A DNA stretch of 64,000 nt. Origin: Vicinamibacterales bacterium (GTDB lineage Bacteria; Acidobacteriota; Vicinamibacteria; Vicinamibacterales; JAMQPK01). The translations under genes were made by a program, and so were the position numbers. The notes under the pieces were generated by a model. It was not told the origin of the DNA. It was given only the letters and a program-made list of their open reading frames with translations, and did no database searches. Positions 10,561 to 20,470 of the stretch are shown here, in pieces (position 1 is the stretch's first letter; each line of letters begins with the position of its first letter). The DNA lies in NCBI GenBank assembly GCA_963825295.1, contig CAWGSZ010000009.1, positions 1,432,188 through 1,496,187 of the forward strand. The letters are read 5' to 3'.

Positions 10561-10607
10561 GACAGGGCTGAAGCCCTGTCTCTGGTAGCGCAGGGCTTGA
10601 GCCCTGC
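10561..10607. repeat. two REP-like hairpins (GACAGGGCTGAAGCCCTGTC; GCAGGGCTTGAGCCCTGC)
   Basis: Perfect 7-8 bp GC stems with 4-nt loops, in the 73-nt spacer between the MFP and RND genes. They belong to the family listed in the findings. Confidence 0.7.
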
Positions 10608-10609
10608 CC

Positions 10610-11768
10610 TCAGTTGTCCGCCGGCGTCGGCGACGGATCGTTCGCCGGCTGCACCTTGTTGTTGACGAGCACCGCCGCGCCGTTGCGCAGCTTGAAGACG
10701 CCTGATGTGACGACCTCGTCGCCGGGCTTGACGCCCGCGACTACCCCGACCTGATCGCCGCGCGCCCCCTCGACCTTCACGAACTGCTGACGCACACCTT
10801 TGTACGTGTCGCCGTTCGGTCCCTTCACCATGCCCACGATGAACACGGAGTCGCCGTACGGGGCGTAGCTGATCGACGTCGCCGGAAGCGCCACGAGCGA
10901 GCGTCCCTTCCCCACCGCCACCTCGGCCTGCACGAACATGCCCGGCCGCAACGTGCCTTCGGGGTTGGACAAGGTCGCCTGGACCTGGATGTTCCGCGTG
11001 GCCTCGTTGACGGTCGAATCGATCGCCGTTACACGGCCGAGGAACCCGGCGCCTGCCAGGTCCTTTGGTCCAGCCGCGTCAGCAAGCGTGATGCGGACCT
11101 CGCGGCCCATGCGCATCTGCGCGATGGCGTCCTGCGGCACGTCGAAGTTCACATAAATGGGATTCAGTGACTGGAGCTGCACGATCGGATCGCCACTCGA
11201 CAGGGTACTGTCCGAGATTGACCTGACGAATACCCAGGATTCCCGAGAACGGCGCCCGGATGGTCTTCCGCTCGATGGCCGAGCGAATCTCACCGACCCG
11301 CGCTTCGGTCTGCTTGCTGTCGGCCGTGGCGCTGTCGAACTCGGCGCGCGAGATCACGTTTTCCTTCAACAAGCCCTGCATGCGATCGAAGTTGACGCGA
11401 GCCAGGTCGCGCTGCGCGTCCGCGGCGGCGAGCTGCGCCCGCTCCTGCCGCGTGTCGAGCTCGACGAGCACCTCGCCCTGGCGTACCGACTTGCCCGAGT
11501 CGAACGCGATGCGATCGATCGTGCCCGACAGGTCGGCGCTGACGGTGACGCCTTGAACGGCGGCCACCGATCCGATCGCGCTCACGGTGGCAGGCCACTC
11601 TGTCTCCTGCGCCGCGATCGTGGTGACCGCCTCGGGCGGCATCTGGAACGAGGCCCCCTGCGCGATGGCCGCCTGAATCTGCTGGAACTTCACAAAGCCG
11701 AGACCGCCGATGAGTCCTGCCATCACGGTCAACATGAGGAGCATTCGTTTCATCATGCCGATCGACAT
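10610..11768 (-). pseudogene. RND efflux membrane fusion (periplasmic adaptor) protein; frame-broken as assembled
   Basis: The N-terminal part (..RAPFSGILGIRQVNLGQY) and the C-terminal part (LSSGDPIVQLQSLNPIYVNFDVPQD..) are in different frames. Removing one G from the GGG at 11203-11205 restores GQYLSSGDP. RBS GGAAGGG lies upstream of the ATG at 11768. Confidence 0.85.
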
Positions 11769-12016
11769 GGCAATTTCCCTTCCACATCGCGTGGTGGTCC
11801 AGACAACGCAGAAATCCGAGGAAAAGGGCCACTCTGTGACGAAGGAGTGCCGAACAAGTGCCGAACGTGGTTGCCGACTCTTCGGCACTGTGCCGATTTA
11901 CCGGCACCCGTCTGCGGCGTTTTCGACAGGCCTCACCAATTACTGAGTGAAATGAGGGATCCCGGACGATGCGGCCGCGGTACGCCTTCTGCAATTTGCC
12001 ACGCAGGAGGCTTCAT

Positions 12017-12625
12017 ATGAAACGTTTGCTCGTACTCGGGTTTGTGCTGGCATCATTTATTACCGCCACTCCGGTTCATGCGCAGGAAGGGCCGGCGGGG
12101 GCGGGCCGGGCCGAGATCACCATCATTCCGGTTGGCGCCCTCATGTTCACCGAGAACAGCGATGCCTCGGCGCCGGGCTTCGGGAACTACCAGCTCGGCG
12201 GTACCTTTACCTACAACCTCAACAGATACGTGGGGGTCGAAGGCGAGGTCGCCAGTTCGATCGGCATCTCGCAGAGTCTCGGCTTCGGGTATCCAAGCAC
12301 CGAGCGGACGCCCGACGTCCTCAACTACAACGGCAACGTCGTCGTGTCGGTGCCGAACGGCTCGTCGGTCGTGCCGTATGTCACCGGCGGCGTTGGCGGG
12401 CTCAGCCTGTTCAGCCGCGAGGCCTTTGGCGTCGACCAGACCGAGACGTTCTTCGCCACCAACGTCGGCGGCGGCGTCAAGTGGTACGCGGGCCGGTGGG
12501 GGCTTCGTGGCGACTATCGGTTCGTCGCCGTGCCGTCGAAAGACGAGACCTCGGCGTTCTTCGGTAACGACGCGCGCTATGGACATCGCGTCTACGGCGC
12601 CGTGATGCTGAACGTCGGCCGGTGA
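12017..12625 (+). CDS. outer membrane beta-barrel (porin-family) protein
   Basis: GGAGG lies upstream of the ATG at 12017. Signal peptide MKRLLVLGFVLASFITATPVHAQ. Alternating beta-strand pattern with Gly/aromatic-rich strands. Confidence 0.7.
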   Translation: MKRLLVLGFVLASFITATPVHAQEGPAGAGRAEITIIPVGALMFTENSDASAPGFGNYQLGGTFTYNLNRYVGVEGEVASSIGISQSLGFGYPSTERTPDVLNYNGNVVVSVPNGSSVVPYVTGGVGGLSLFSREAFGVDQTETFFATNVGGGVKWYAGRWGLRGDYRFVAVPSKDETSAFFGNDARYGHRVYGAVMLNVGR

Positions 12626-13353
12626 CGATCCAGGCCGCACTCAACGGCACTCGATCGGGTACGGACCACCCCGAAATCCCGATCACGCCGCGAACACAAG
12701 CCACGGAGGCGAGAGCCTCCGTGGCGGCGGGCGCGAGCGCCATTCATGTGCACGTGCGCGACGCAAACGGCAACGAGTCGCTCGGCGCCGGCGACCTCGC
12801 GGACACGATCGGAGCGATTCGCGACGCGTGCCCGGGCATTCCCCTGGGCGTCAGCACGGGCGCCTGGATCGTTCCCGATCTCGCGAAGCGCCTCGCGATG
12901 ATTCGTGCGTGGAACGTGTTGCCGGATTTCGCGTCGGTCAACCTGCACGAAGCGGGCGCCACCGACGTCATGCAACTGCTGCTCGACAAGGGCGTGGGCG
13001 TGGAAGCCGGAATCTGGAACGCGCCGGCGGCTGCCGCGCTGGTCGGAAGCAAGCTGGCCGACCAGTGCGTGCGGATTCTTCTCGAGCCGGCAGAGGCCTC
13101 GTGCCGCGCATCCGCGAATCTCAGTCAGATTGAATCGGTGCTCCAGGGCGTGGAAACCCCGCGGCTGCTGCACGGCCTCGGTCACTATGCCTGGCACTTC
13201 GTCGAGCTGGCCGTCAAGCGCCGCTACGACACGCGCGTCGGTTTCGAGGATACTCTCAGGCTACCGGATGGCACGCGCGCGGCAAGCAATGCCGACCTCG
13301 TCCTTGCCGCCCGGGAGATTATCGAGAGGCTGACGCTCGTTGAGCACGCGTGA
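12622..13353 (+). CDS. 3-keto-5-aminohexanoate cleavage enzyme family protein (BKACE/DUF849)
   Basis: IQAALNGTR..HPEIPITP..AGASAIHVHVRD..DFASVNLHE match the family pattern. The GTG start overlaps the upstream stop (GTGA). Confidence 0.8.
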   Translation: MTIQAALNGTRSGTDHPEIPITPRTQATEARASVAAGASAIHVHVRDANGNESLGAGDLADTIGAIRDACPGIPLGVSTGAWIVPDLAKRLAMIRAWNVLPDFASVNLHEAGATDVMQLLLDKGVGVEAGIWNAPAAAALVGSKLADQCVRILLEPAEASCRASANLSQIESVLQGVETPRLLHGLGHYAWHFVELAVKRRYDTRVGFEDTLRLPDGTRAASNADLVLAAREIIERLTLVEHA

Positions 13354-14247
13354 TCTCATCGATTTGTTCGTACTCGGCGCGATTTGGGGCGCGTCATTTC
13401 TCTTCATGCGCGTGGCCGCCCCCGCGTTCGGGCCGATTCCGCTGATCGCCGCGCGCGTGGGCATCGGGGCGGTGTTCCTCGTCGCGGTTCTGGCCAGGCG
13501 TGGCGGACTGAAGGGGCTCGCGCAGAACGCCGTGCCGCTGGCGGTTCTCGGGACAATCAATTCGGCCGTGCCGTTTACCTTGTTCGCGTATGCCGTGCTC
13601 TTTGTCACGGCAGGTTTCGCGCGCGGTCCTGAATTCGACGGCACCGCTGTTCGGCGCGCTCGTCGCGTTCGTCTGGCTTCACGAGACCCCTTCGAGCCAA
13701 CGCCTGCTCGGGTTGCTCGTCGGCTTCACGGGCGTGCTCATCCTCGTCTGGGACAGGCTGTCGTTCTCGAACGATGGCGGGACCTGGGCGGTGATCGCGG
13801 GATTGACGGCGGCGTTTCTCTACGGCATCTCGGCGAACTACACGCGAAGGCACCTCGGGAGCACCGATCCGCTGGTCGAACGCCACCGGAAGTCTCGTCG
13901 CGGCCACCGTGGTGCTGCTCGGTCCGGCTGTCGTGTACTGGCCTCGAACCGCACCGGACAGCGTCAGCTGGATCAGCGCAATTCTGCTCGGCGTCTTCTG
14001 TACGGGTATCGCCTACGTTCTGTACTTCCGACTGCTGTCTCGCGTCGGACCGTCGCGAACGCTTACGGTGACGTATCTGATTCCGGTGTTTGGCGTGTTG
14101 TGGGGATACGTGTTTATCGGTGAGGTGATCACACGGCGCATGGCGCTGGCGGGCGCAGTGATCTTCGTGGGCGTTGCGCTCGCCACGGGTGCCTTGAAGC
14201 GCAACCTCGCGAACCGGCCCGTCGTGGAAACGCTGACTAGGAGTTGA
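13340..14247 (+). pseudogene. EamA/DMT-family transporter; two frame breaks as assembled
   Basis: Three consecutive frames carry one continuous 10-TM-like protein: ..FAYAVLFVTAGFA | AVLNSTAPLFGALVAFVWLHE..RRHLGSTDPLV | NATGSLVAATVVLLGPAVVYWP... The breaks are at about 13619-13625 and 13878-13880, and each is repaired by skipping 1 nt. Confidence 0.8.
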
Positions 14248-15352
14248 CGTGGTGCTCGCGCACTACGCTTATCGATTCCGGCCGCACGGGCCTGGAAGAG
14301 GCAGCCAGGGCTCGATACTGGGCGAATAGAGGAGCGAGACCAGATTCCCATCGCTGGGCCAGCGCGTGCTGCCGCGCCGCACGCCCCATCGATGCGCGCC
14401 GGTCTTCGGTCCTGACCAGTGCAGCCGTGCCGACGATGAAGTCGGCATCGGAACGGCAGACGATCGCGGCGTCCGAGGTCGTGCGCTCGCGCGCAGCACC
14501 TTTTGCCATCACGACCACGGGCAGACCACAGGCCTGCGCTTCGAGGACGGCGTGATGCGTCGATTGCCGCTCGCTCGGTGAAACGAAGACGTCGGCGGAT
14601 GCCAGCAGCTCGGGCATCTGGGAATCGGGCACGTGGCCGAGAAAGATGGCGTGCGGGCACTTGTACCGAAGGCGCATGAGCGCCGCGCCGTCGCCGGCCA
14701 CGATCAGTCGATGCATCGGACGCGTGCGGCGCAGCTCGAGCTCCAGCGAGAGCAACCGCCATACGCCGTGCTCCTCCGAGATCGTGCCTGCGTAGATCAC
14801 CGCCGCACGGTCTGGCGACACTTGCCATTGTTCGCGCAGGCTCGCGCTTCGCTTCCTGGGAGTGAACGTCTCGATGTCGACTCCAGGACGCCAGGCGGCC
14901 ACGTGGGCGGGGTCCGTGAGGCGACGGAGCGTCTCGTGCGCGCACGCCGACGACGCGAGGACTTTGTGGCAGACCTCGGACAGCGTCCGGAGATACCGCC
15001 GCCTCAACGCGGTTGTCGTCAGAGAGTCGAGGTCGAACGAACCAACGAGCGGCAGGTGGAGCTTCGCGGCAAGAAGCAGCGCGACAAGCGCGACGTGTCC
15101 GCACGAAGCGATATGGACGAGCTCGATGCGCTGGCGCCGCAAACGCGCGATTAGTTCATTCACCCGCAGCAGTGAGGAGAAACCAGGTTGATTGAGGTAA
15201 GGAATGACGTGGATGTCGTCGGGCGAATGATCGACGAGCCCGGCGGTCGTGGTCCGAAGACCGCCAGGTGCGTCAAGATCCCATTCCGCGAAGAGCGCGA
15301 CTCGCACCTGAGAGTCGAGTATTGTCAGCCCGCGTAACGGCGCGGGGCACAA
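14237..15352 (-). CDS. glycosyltransferase family 4 (GT-B, Glycos_transf_1-like)
   Basis: The C-terminal half carries the typical motifs (..FLGHVPDSQMPELLASADVFVSPSERQSTHHAVLEAQACGLPVVV..). The true start may be the GTG at 15307 (VRVALFAEW). Confidence 0.8.
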   Translation of the reverse strand: MCPAPLRGLTILDSQVRVALFAEWDLDAPGGLRTTTAGLVDHSPDDIHVIPYLNQPGFSSLLRVNELIARLRRQRIELVHIASCGHVALVALLLAAKLHLPLVGSFDLDSLTTTALRRRYLRTLSEVCHKVLASSACAHETLRRLTDPAHVAAWRPGVDIETFTPRKRSASLREQWQVSPDRAAVIYAGTISEEHGVWRLLSLELELRRTRPMHRLIVAGDGAALMRLRYKCPHAIFLGHVPDSQMPELLASADVFVSPSERQSTHHAVLEAQACGLPVVVMAKGAARERTTSDAAIVCRSDADFIVGTAALVRTEDRRASMGRAARQHALAQRWESGLAPLFAQYRALAASSRPVRPESISVVREHHVNS

Positions 15353-15394
15353 GCTGCAACGAGTGCGTAAACATTCGGTTATAGTGCGGTAAAC

Positions 15395-17189
15395 ATGAAG
15401 CTTTTGTACGGTTATCTACGGAACTTATTGGCGCCTGGTTGCGTTGGCCCTTGTGCTGGCGACCATCAACCAGGTCTTTTCGCTCCTCGATCCCCTGATT
15501 TTTCGATACGTCATCGACAACTACGCGACGCGCTTCGCCGAATACACCACGAGCGAGTTCTTCCGGGGCGTCAGCCTGCTGCTGGCGGCGGCCGTCGGCG
15601 TGGCGTTCGTCTCGCGCGTAGCGAAGAACTTCCAGGATTACTACATCAATCTGATTACCCAGCGGCTCGGCGCCCAGCTCTATTCAGACGGCATCCGGCA
15701 TTCCCTCGAGCTGCCCTACTCGGTGTTCGAAGACCAGCGCAGCGGCGAAACCCTCGGCAAGCTGCAGAAGGTGCGCGCCGACGTCGAGAAGCTCATTTCG
15801 GCGTCGATCAACGTGCTCTTCACCTCGCTGGTCGGGATCATCTTCGTCATGGTCTACGCCTTCTCGGTGCACTGGCTCATCGCGCCTGTCTACTTCCTGA
15901 CGGTTCCCGTACTCGGGCTCATCAGCTCGGTGCTGAGCAAGCGGATCAAGACGATTCAGAAGCAGATCGTGGGCGAAACGACGGCGCTGGCGGGATCGAC
16001 GACCGAATCGCTGCGGAACATCGAGCTGGTGAAGAGCCTCGGCCTGGGCCAGCAGGAAATCGAACGGCTGAACAGCACGACCGGCAAGATCCTGAAGCTC
16101 GAACTGAAAAAGGTGAAGTACCTGCGAAGCCTCAGCTTCATCCAGGGCACCGCGGTGAACTTCCTGCGCACGAGCATCCTGTTCCTGATGCTCTACCTCA
16201 TCTTCCGGCGCGACATCACGGTGGGCCAGTTCTTTTCGCTCTGGATCTACTCGTTCTTCATCTTCGGGCCGCTCCAGGAGCTGGGCAACATCATCAACAT
16301 CTACCGCGAGACCGAAGCGTCGCTGAACATCTTCGAAGGCATATTGCAGATACCCAAAGAGCCGCGGCCGGTCAGCCCGCTGCCGCTGGACGACGTGCGC
16401 ACGCTGGAGTTCGATCGAGTGACGTTCCAGCACCAGTCGGCGACCTCGCCTGCCGTGAGCGACATCACATTCGCGGTACGTCGCGGCGAAACGATCGCAT
16501 TCGTGGGCCCGTCCGGCGCCGGAAAGACGACGCTCGTGAAGCTGCTCGTCGGGCTGTACCCGCCAGGATCGGGCCGGATTCTGTACAACGGCCTGTCGAG
16601 CAGCGACATCGACCTCGACGTGCTGAGGGAACGGATCGGGTTCGTCACACAGGACACGCAGCTCTTCTCCGGCACGATTCGCGAAAACCTGCTGTTCGTG
16701 AATCCGAAGGCGACAGATGCCGAATGCCTTGACGTGCTTCGCCGGTCGGCCTGCGACAGCCTGCTCGCGCGGGCGGCGAAAGGACTCGACACGGTCATCG
16801 GCGAGGGGGGCGTGAAGGTGTCCGGGGGCGAAAAACAGCGTCTGTCGATCGCCCGCGCGCTGCTCCGGCGGCCCCAGTTGCTCGTCTTCGACGAGGCCAC
16901 CTCGTCGCTCGACTCTTTGACCGAAGAAGGCATCGTTGAAACGATCCGCGACGTGGCGAGTACGGGCGAGTCGATGACGATTCTCATCGCGCATCGCCTG
17001 TCGACGATTCTTCATGCCGATCGCATTTACGTCCTCGAGCGCGGCCGTATCGTCGAGACCGGCCGCCACGACGAGCTCGTCGCGCAGAAGGGTCTGTACT
17101 ATGCGATGTGGCGGCAGCAGATTGGCGAGCGCAGGACTGAAGCGGCCACGACCGGCGACAAGCGCGAGCCGGTAGGCGCAAGCCGGTAG
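15395..17189 (+). pseudogene. ABC exporter, fused permease/ATPase (MsbA-like); frame break 9 codons into the gene as assembled
   Basis: MKLLYGYLRN (frame of 15395) continues as YWRLVALALVLATINQ (frame of 15444) if one T of the TT at 15425-15426 is skipped. Walker A GPSGAGKTT, signature VSGGEKQRLSIAR, Walker B LLVFDEATSSLD. Confidence 0.85.
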
Positions 17190-17201
17190 TAGGCGCGACC
17201 C

Positions 17202-17225
17202 GGTAGCGCAGGGCTTCAGCCCTGC
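17202..17225. repeat. REP-like hairpin GGTAGCGCAGGGCTTCAGCCCTGC
   Basis: 7-bp stem GCAGGGC/GCCCTGC with a TTCA loop, just after the ABC gene stop. It is preceded by three CCGGTAG(G)CGC words. Confidence 0.6.
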
Positions 17226-17249
17226 CAAATCAGCGCGAGGCGAAGGCGG

Positions 17250-18086
17250 TCAACCCTGCCTGGTCGCCCGCACAACAAGATCCGGATCGAACAGGCTCAA
17301 CGTCACGCCGTTTCCTGTACGCTCGAAGCGAATACGCACGGCCGGCGCGCCCGCCGGATGAAACTCGAGCTTGCCGAGATGCGTGAGCACGCGCCGCGTC
17401 GCGCCAGGACGGGTGATGCCGAGCACATTCTGAACGATATCGACGACAAACGCGTCCCGCGACCCGCTGCCAAAGACGTAGCGGCCTTCAAGAGATGTCC
17501 GGTCGGCTTCGGTCAATGGCTCGACATCTCCTGTCTTCGGCAAGTTCCCAACCGACTCGAGGAATCGCAGCACCTCTGCCGCCTGCGCGCCGCCCGCGCG
17601 CGCATGATTGACGAGCGGGATGCCGTGCGGGCCTCGAAGTTGATTCACATTCGGAACAGCGGCGGCAAACGCCTTGACGACATCGAGCTGCCCCAGCATC
17701 GTCGCGGAGAAGATCGTGGGGCCGGCGCCCTGCTCGATCAGCAATTCGGCGATGGCCCTGTTGCCGACGTGCGACGCCGCGCCAAGGGCGGTTTCCCAGT
17801 CGCCGTAACCCCAGTCCCAGGAGGCCTTCGCAAGTGAGGGATGTTGGGCGAGGAGCTCCTTGACGCGCGCGAGATTCCCGTGCGCCACGCCCACCATCTC
17901 CTTGACCAGAAAGGCGTGCTGGCTGGGAAATGACTCGTCACGCGGCGCACCCGGCGCCGGCGGCGGGCCCGGCCACGCAGGAACGGCGTCAGAGCCCTGG
18001 GCCCAGGCGACATCACTTGAAAGAACAAAGGTCCCGAGCGCGGGAACGACTCGAACGAATTGCCGGCGGCTCAACATAGCCGGCAT
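17250..18086 (-). CDS. exported ankyrin-repeat protein (Tat-type signal)
   Basis: MPAMLSRRQFVRVVPALGTFVL twin-arginine motif. Ankyrin-like repeats (GDWETALGAASHVGNRAIAELLIEQGA; PHGIPLVNHARAGG). Confidence 0.75.
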   Translation of the reverse strand: MPAMLSRRQFVRVVPALGTFVLSSDVAWAQGSDAVPAWPGPPPAPGAPRDESFPSQHAFLVKEMVGVAHGNLARVKELLAQHPSLAKASWDWGYGDWETALGAASHVGNRAIAELLIEQGAGPTIFSATMLGQLDVVKAFAAAVPNVNQLRGPHGIPLVNHARAGGAQAAEVLRFLESVGNLPKTGDVEPLTEADRTSLEGRYVFGSGSRDAFVVDIVQNVLGITRPGATRRVLTHLGKLEFHPAGAPAVRIRFERTGNGVTLSLFDPDLVVRATRQG

Positions 18087-18161
18087 GTTACACGTGAGTC
18101 GCAAGCGAGACGAACGAGGATTCGTTGAGGCGCCAACCCGCCTCGCTGGAAAGACTTGAGA

Positions 18162-19067
18162 CTACGGATTAGGACTCGATGGGAGGACATGTTCGCGTAC
18201 GCCAGACTCGATCAGGCGGGCGGCTTCGAGATCCAGACCGTCGAGCGAGCCGTTGGCGGGCCGCGCGATTCGACGTGTCCACAGATGCGTACCGTCGTCC
18301 AGTCGAATCAGATGCATCAGCAGGGTCAGATCGCCGTTGGTCGGCTGCAGTTGTGCCAGGATGAGGTGAGACGCGCCTGTCTGCGCTTCGATGCGATCGA
18401 GGTCGCGCGCATTGCGCGGCATGCGCAGGATCGCCGCGTTGCCGACGATACCGATCCGATTGGGACCCAGGCTGGTCAGCCGATCGACGACCGTGTCTGA
18501 GAGCGCATGAACGGCACGGTCGTAACGGCCGTCGCCCGTCTCGTTATCGAAGATCGAAACCGCCACGATCGGACGCCGCGGCTGGCTATCGAGGCGATCG
18601 CTGAAGGCCACAACCAGGACACCCAGAACCAGCAACCCGGCGGCGCCGAAGGCGACGCGCACCGCACGGGACGAAACGGCCATCCAGCCGGTCGGCTGAA
18701 CACAACCACCGGGCACGATCGGAGCGGCAACAGCGCCGGCATCGACCAGATCCTTGCGTGTGACCGGAGCGATGAACTTGAAGCCCCGCCTCGGCAGCGT
18801 CTGGATGAAGCGCGAGCTTTCGCCGGTGTCGCCAAGGGCCGAGCGGATCTGACTGACGCAGTAGGCCAGCCCGCGATTGAAATCGACGTGCGTATCGTGG
18901 CCCCAGACCCAGGCGGTCAGCTCCTCGCGCGACACGGTCTGCCCGGCTCGCTCGAGGAGCAGGCCCAGCGCGCGCGCAGGCTGGGGCTCGAGCGCGATGA
19001 GACGCCCGGATTTCCGCAGCTCGAGGGAGGCGGCGTCGAACTCGAACACGCCAAACACGTAGGTCAT
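18162..19067 (-). CDS. membrane-anchored winged-helix (OmpR/CadC-type DNA-binding domain) transcriptional regulator
   Basis: N-terminal FEFD..LELRKSGRLIALEPQPARALGLLLERAGQTVSREEL..RGLAYCVSQIRSALGD..IQTLPRRGFKF, one TM segment (VRVAFGAAGLLVLGVLVVAF), then a periplasmic domain. ATG at 19067. Confidence 0.7.
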   Translation of the reverse strand: MTYVFGVFEFDAASLELRKSGRLIALEPQPARALGLLLERAGQTVSREELTAWVWGHDTHVDFNRGLAYCVSQIRSALGDTGESSRFIQTLPRRGFKFIAPVTRKDLVDAGAVAAPIVPGGCVQPTGWMAVSSRAVRVAFGAAGLLVLGVLVVAFSDRLDSQPRRPIVAVSIFDNETGDGRYDRAVHALSDTVVDRLTSLGPNRIGIVGNAAILRMPRNARDLDRIEAQTGASHLILAQLQPTNGDLTLLMHLIRLDDGTHLWTRRIARPANGSLDGLDLEAARLIESGVREHVLPSSPNP

Positions 19068-19157
19068 CGCGGGCCTGACAAGACCAACTCTACAGAAAAA
19101 GAGTCTGATGGTGGTATTTGGAACTTCCGGCCGCCCGGAACCCAATCACCGATTAGC

Positions 19158-19805
19158 GTGACCAACGACCCTTCAGACCCGGAACTGCTCGAGCGGATGG
19201 CGGCGGGCGATCGCGAGGCGTTGGCCATCATCTTCCGCCGGCACCATCGAACGGTGTACCGCTTCAGCCGGCAGATGCTCGGGTCGAAGGAAGCCGCCGA
19301 AGACGTCACGCAGGACGTGTTCGTGGCGCTCACCAGGAGCGCCGCCCGGTTCAATCCGGCGGTTGCGTCGCTCTCGACGTATCTGTACGGCATCGCCCGC
19401 AACCTGGTCCTGCAGCAGTATAAGCGCAGCAAGGCGCGCATCGAGATCAGCATCGACGCCATCTTTGACGAAGACGATGCCGCGCTCGCGACCGGCGCCG
19501 ATCCCGCTGAATCGATCTCGCGCACGCAGATGACACGGCAGCTTCGCCTCGCGATCTTTCGCCTGCCGGTCCACTATCGCGAGGTCGTCGTGCTGTGCGA
19601 GCTGAACGGGCTTTCCTACGAGGACGCCGCGCAGATCGCCGGGTGTCCGGTCGGCACGATCCGGTCACGGTTGAGCCGGGCGCGGCAGATGCTCATCGAG
19701 CGATGCCGTGCGCTCATGAAGGTCGAGAGTGCCGGAGAGAAAGCGCACCAGATCGAAGAAGAGGTTGGGAAGCGATGGCTGATACTCACGAAGAACAACT
19801 GCTGA
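19158..19805 (+). CDS. ECF-type RNA polymerase sigma-70 family factor
   Basis: Region 2 (DPELLERMAAGDREALAIIFRRHHRTVYRFSRQMLGSKEAAEDVTQDVFVAL) and region 4 (YREVVVLCELNGLSYEDAAQIAGCPVGTIRSRLSRAR). The GTG at 19158 is preferred; the ATG at 19197 is the alternative. Confidence 0.85.
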   Translation: MTNDPSDPELLERMAAGDREALAIIFRRHHRTVYRFSRQMLGSKEAAEDVTQDVFVALTRSAARFNPAVASLSTYLYGIARNLVLQQYKRSKARIEISIDAIFDEDDAALATGADPAESISRTQMTRQLRLAIFRLPVHYREVVVLCELNGLSYEDAAQIAGCPVGTIRSRLSRARQMLIERCRALMKVESAGEKAHQIEEEVGKRWLILTKNNC

Positions 19806-20470
19806 GCGACCTGCTCGGTGACGTGGCTCGAGAGGACGAGCGCCTCGAGGCGCCGCACCTTGAAGCGCGAATCCTGGCATCCGCGTCGCTTTCAGAACGT
19901 GCGCGGCCTGCGCGTTCGAGAGCGTGGGTCATATGGCCGGTCGCGGCCGCGGCCGTGTTCGCGATTGCCGTGAACGTCCGTCCGAAGCCGGGCACGACCG
20001 ACAGCGCGGCCCAGGATTCGACCGAAGTGACACTCGCGGGGAACCCCCCGGCGCACGTTCCCAGGCAACCGGAGTCCGCGCAGGAATCAGTACGTAGTGT
20101 CCGGCTTCAGCCGGACCGTTCGGTACGTGGTGCCCGGCTTCAGCCGGGCCGTCCAGCGCGTGGTGTTCCCCGTGAGGCGGACCCTCAACCCGCGGCTGAT
20201 CAACCGCCGGCCATGGCGGCAGCTGAAACGCCTGCCGCACACAGCCAGGTCGAATTCGTCCCGCTTCTGCCCATGACCGAACAGGAGCTCGCCGGCTCAT
20301 TCCAGATCGTTCGCGTCCAGATGCCGGGCGCCTCGCTCGGCTCGCTGCGGTCGCCGCTGGTACTGCCTGATGAGATGATTGAAGCCGACGTGCTTCTCGG
20401 AGAAGATGGAAGAGCGCGCGCCATTCGCGTCAACACGAGCGGCTCGATTTACCCCTGGAGGCCCCGATGA
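19775..20470 (+). CDS. putative anti-sigma factor (single-pass membrane protein)
   Basis: It overlaps the 3' end of the sigma gene, has one TM segment (WVIWPVAAAAVFAIAV), and sits in the position typical of anti-sigma factors. No zinc-binding anti-sigma motif is seen. Confidence 0.55.
   Translation: MADTHEEQLLSDLLGDVAREDERLEAPHLEARILASASLSERARPARSRAWVIWPVAAAAVFAIAVNVRPKPGTTDSAAQDSTEVTLAGNPPAHVPRQPESAQESVRSVRLQPDRSVRGARLQPGRPARGVPREADPQPAADQPPAMAAAETPAAHSQVEFVPLLPMTEQELAGSFQIVRVQMPGASLGSLRSPLVLPDEMIEADVLLGEDGRARAIRVNTSGSIYPWRPR
20090..20155. repeat. two tandem 33-nt REP-like units inserted in-frame in the anti-sigma CDS
   Basis: GTACGTAGTGTCCGGCTTCAGCCGGACCGTTCG (20090-20122) and GTACGTGGTGCCCGGCTTCAGCCGGGCCGTCCA (20123-20155). 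They are translated as VRSVRLQPDRS / VRGARLQPGRP. Confidence 0.8.

Noticed and set aside
11769-11784. Sigma54-like -24/-12 spacing, TGGAAGGGAAATTGCC, upstream of the efflux operon, looked for because a sigma54 activator is encoded nearby.
   Set aside because: It directly abuts the ATG at 11768 and is better explained as the RBS (GGAAGGG). The TGGCAC consensus is poorly matched. I found no other convincing TGGCAC-N5-TTGC site by eye, and the TGGCAC words inside the REP flanks have the wrong -12 spacing.
19120-19160. Two GGAAC words (19120-19124 and 19137-19141) as possible ECF-type -35 elements for autoregulation of the sigma gene.
   Set aside because: No properly spaced CGT-type -10 element lies upstream of the preferred start. 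The only CGTG overlaps the GTG start codon itself.
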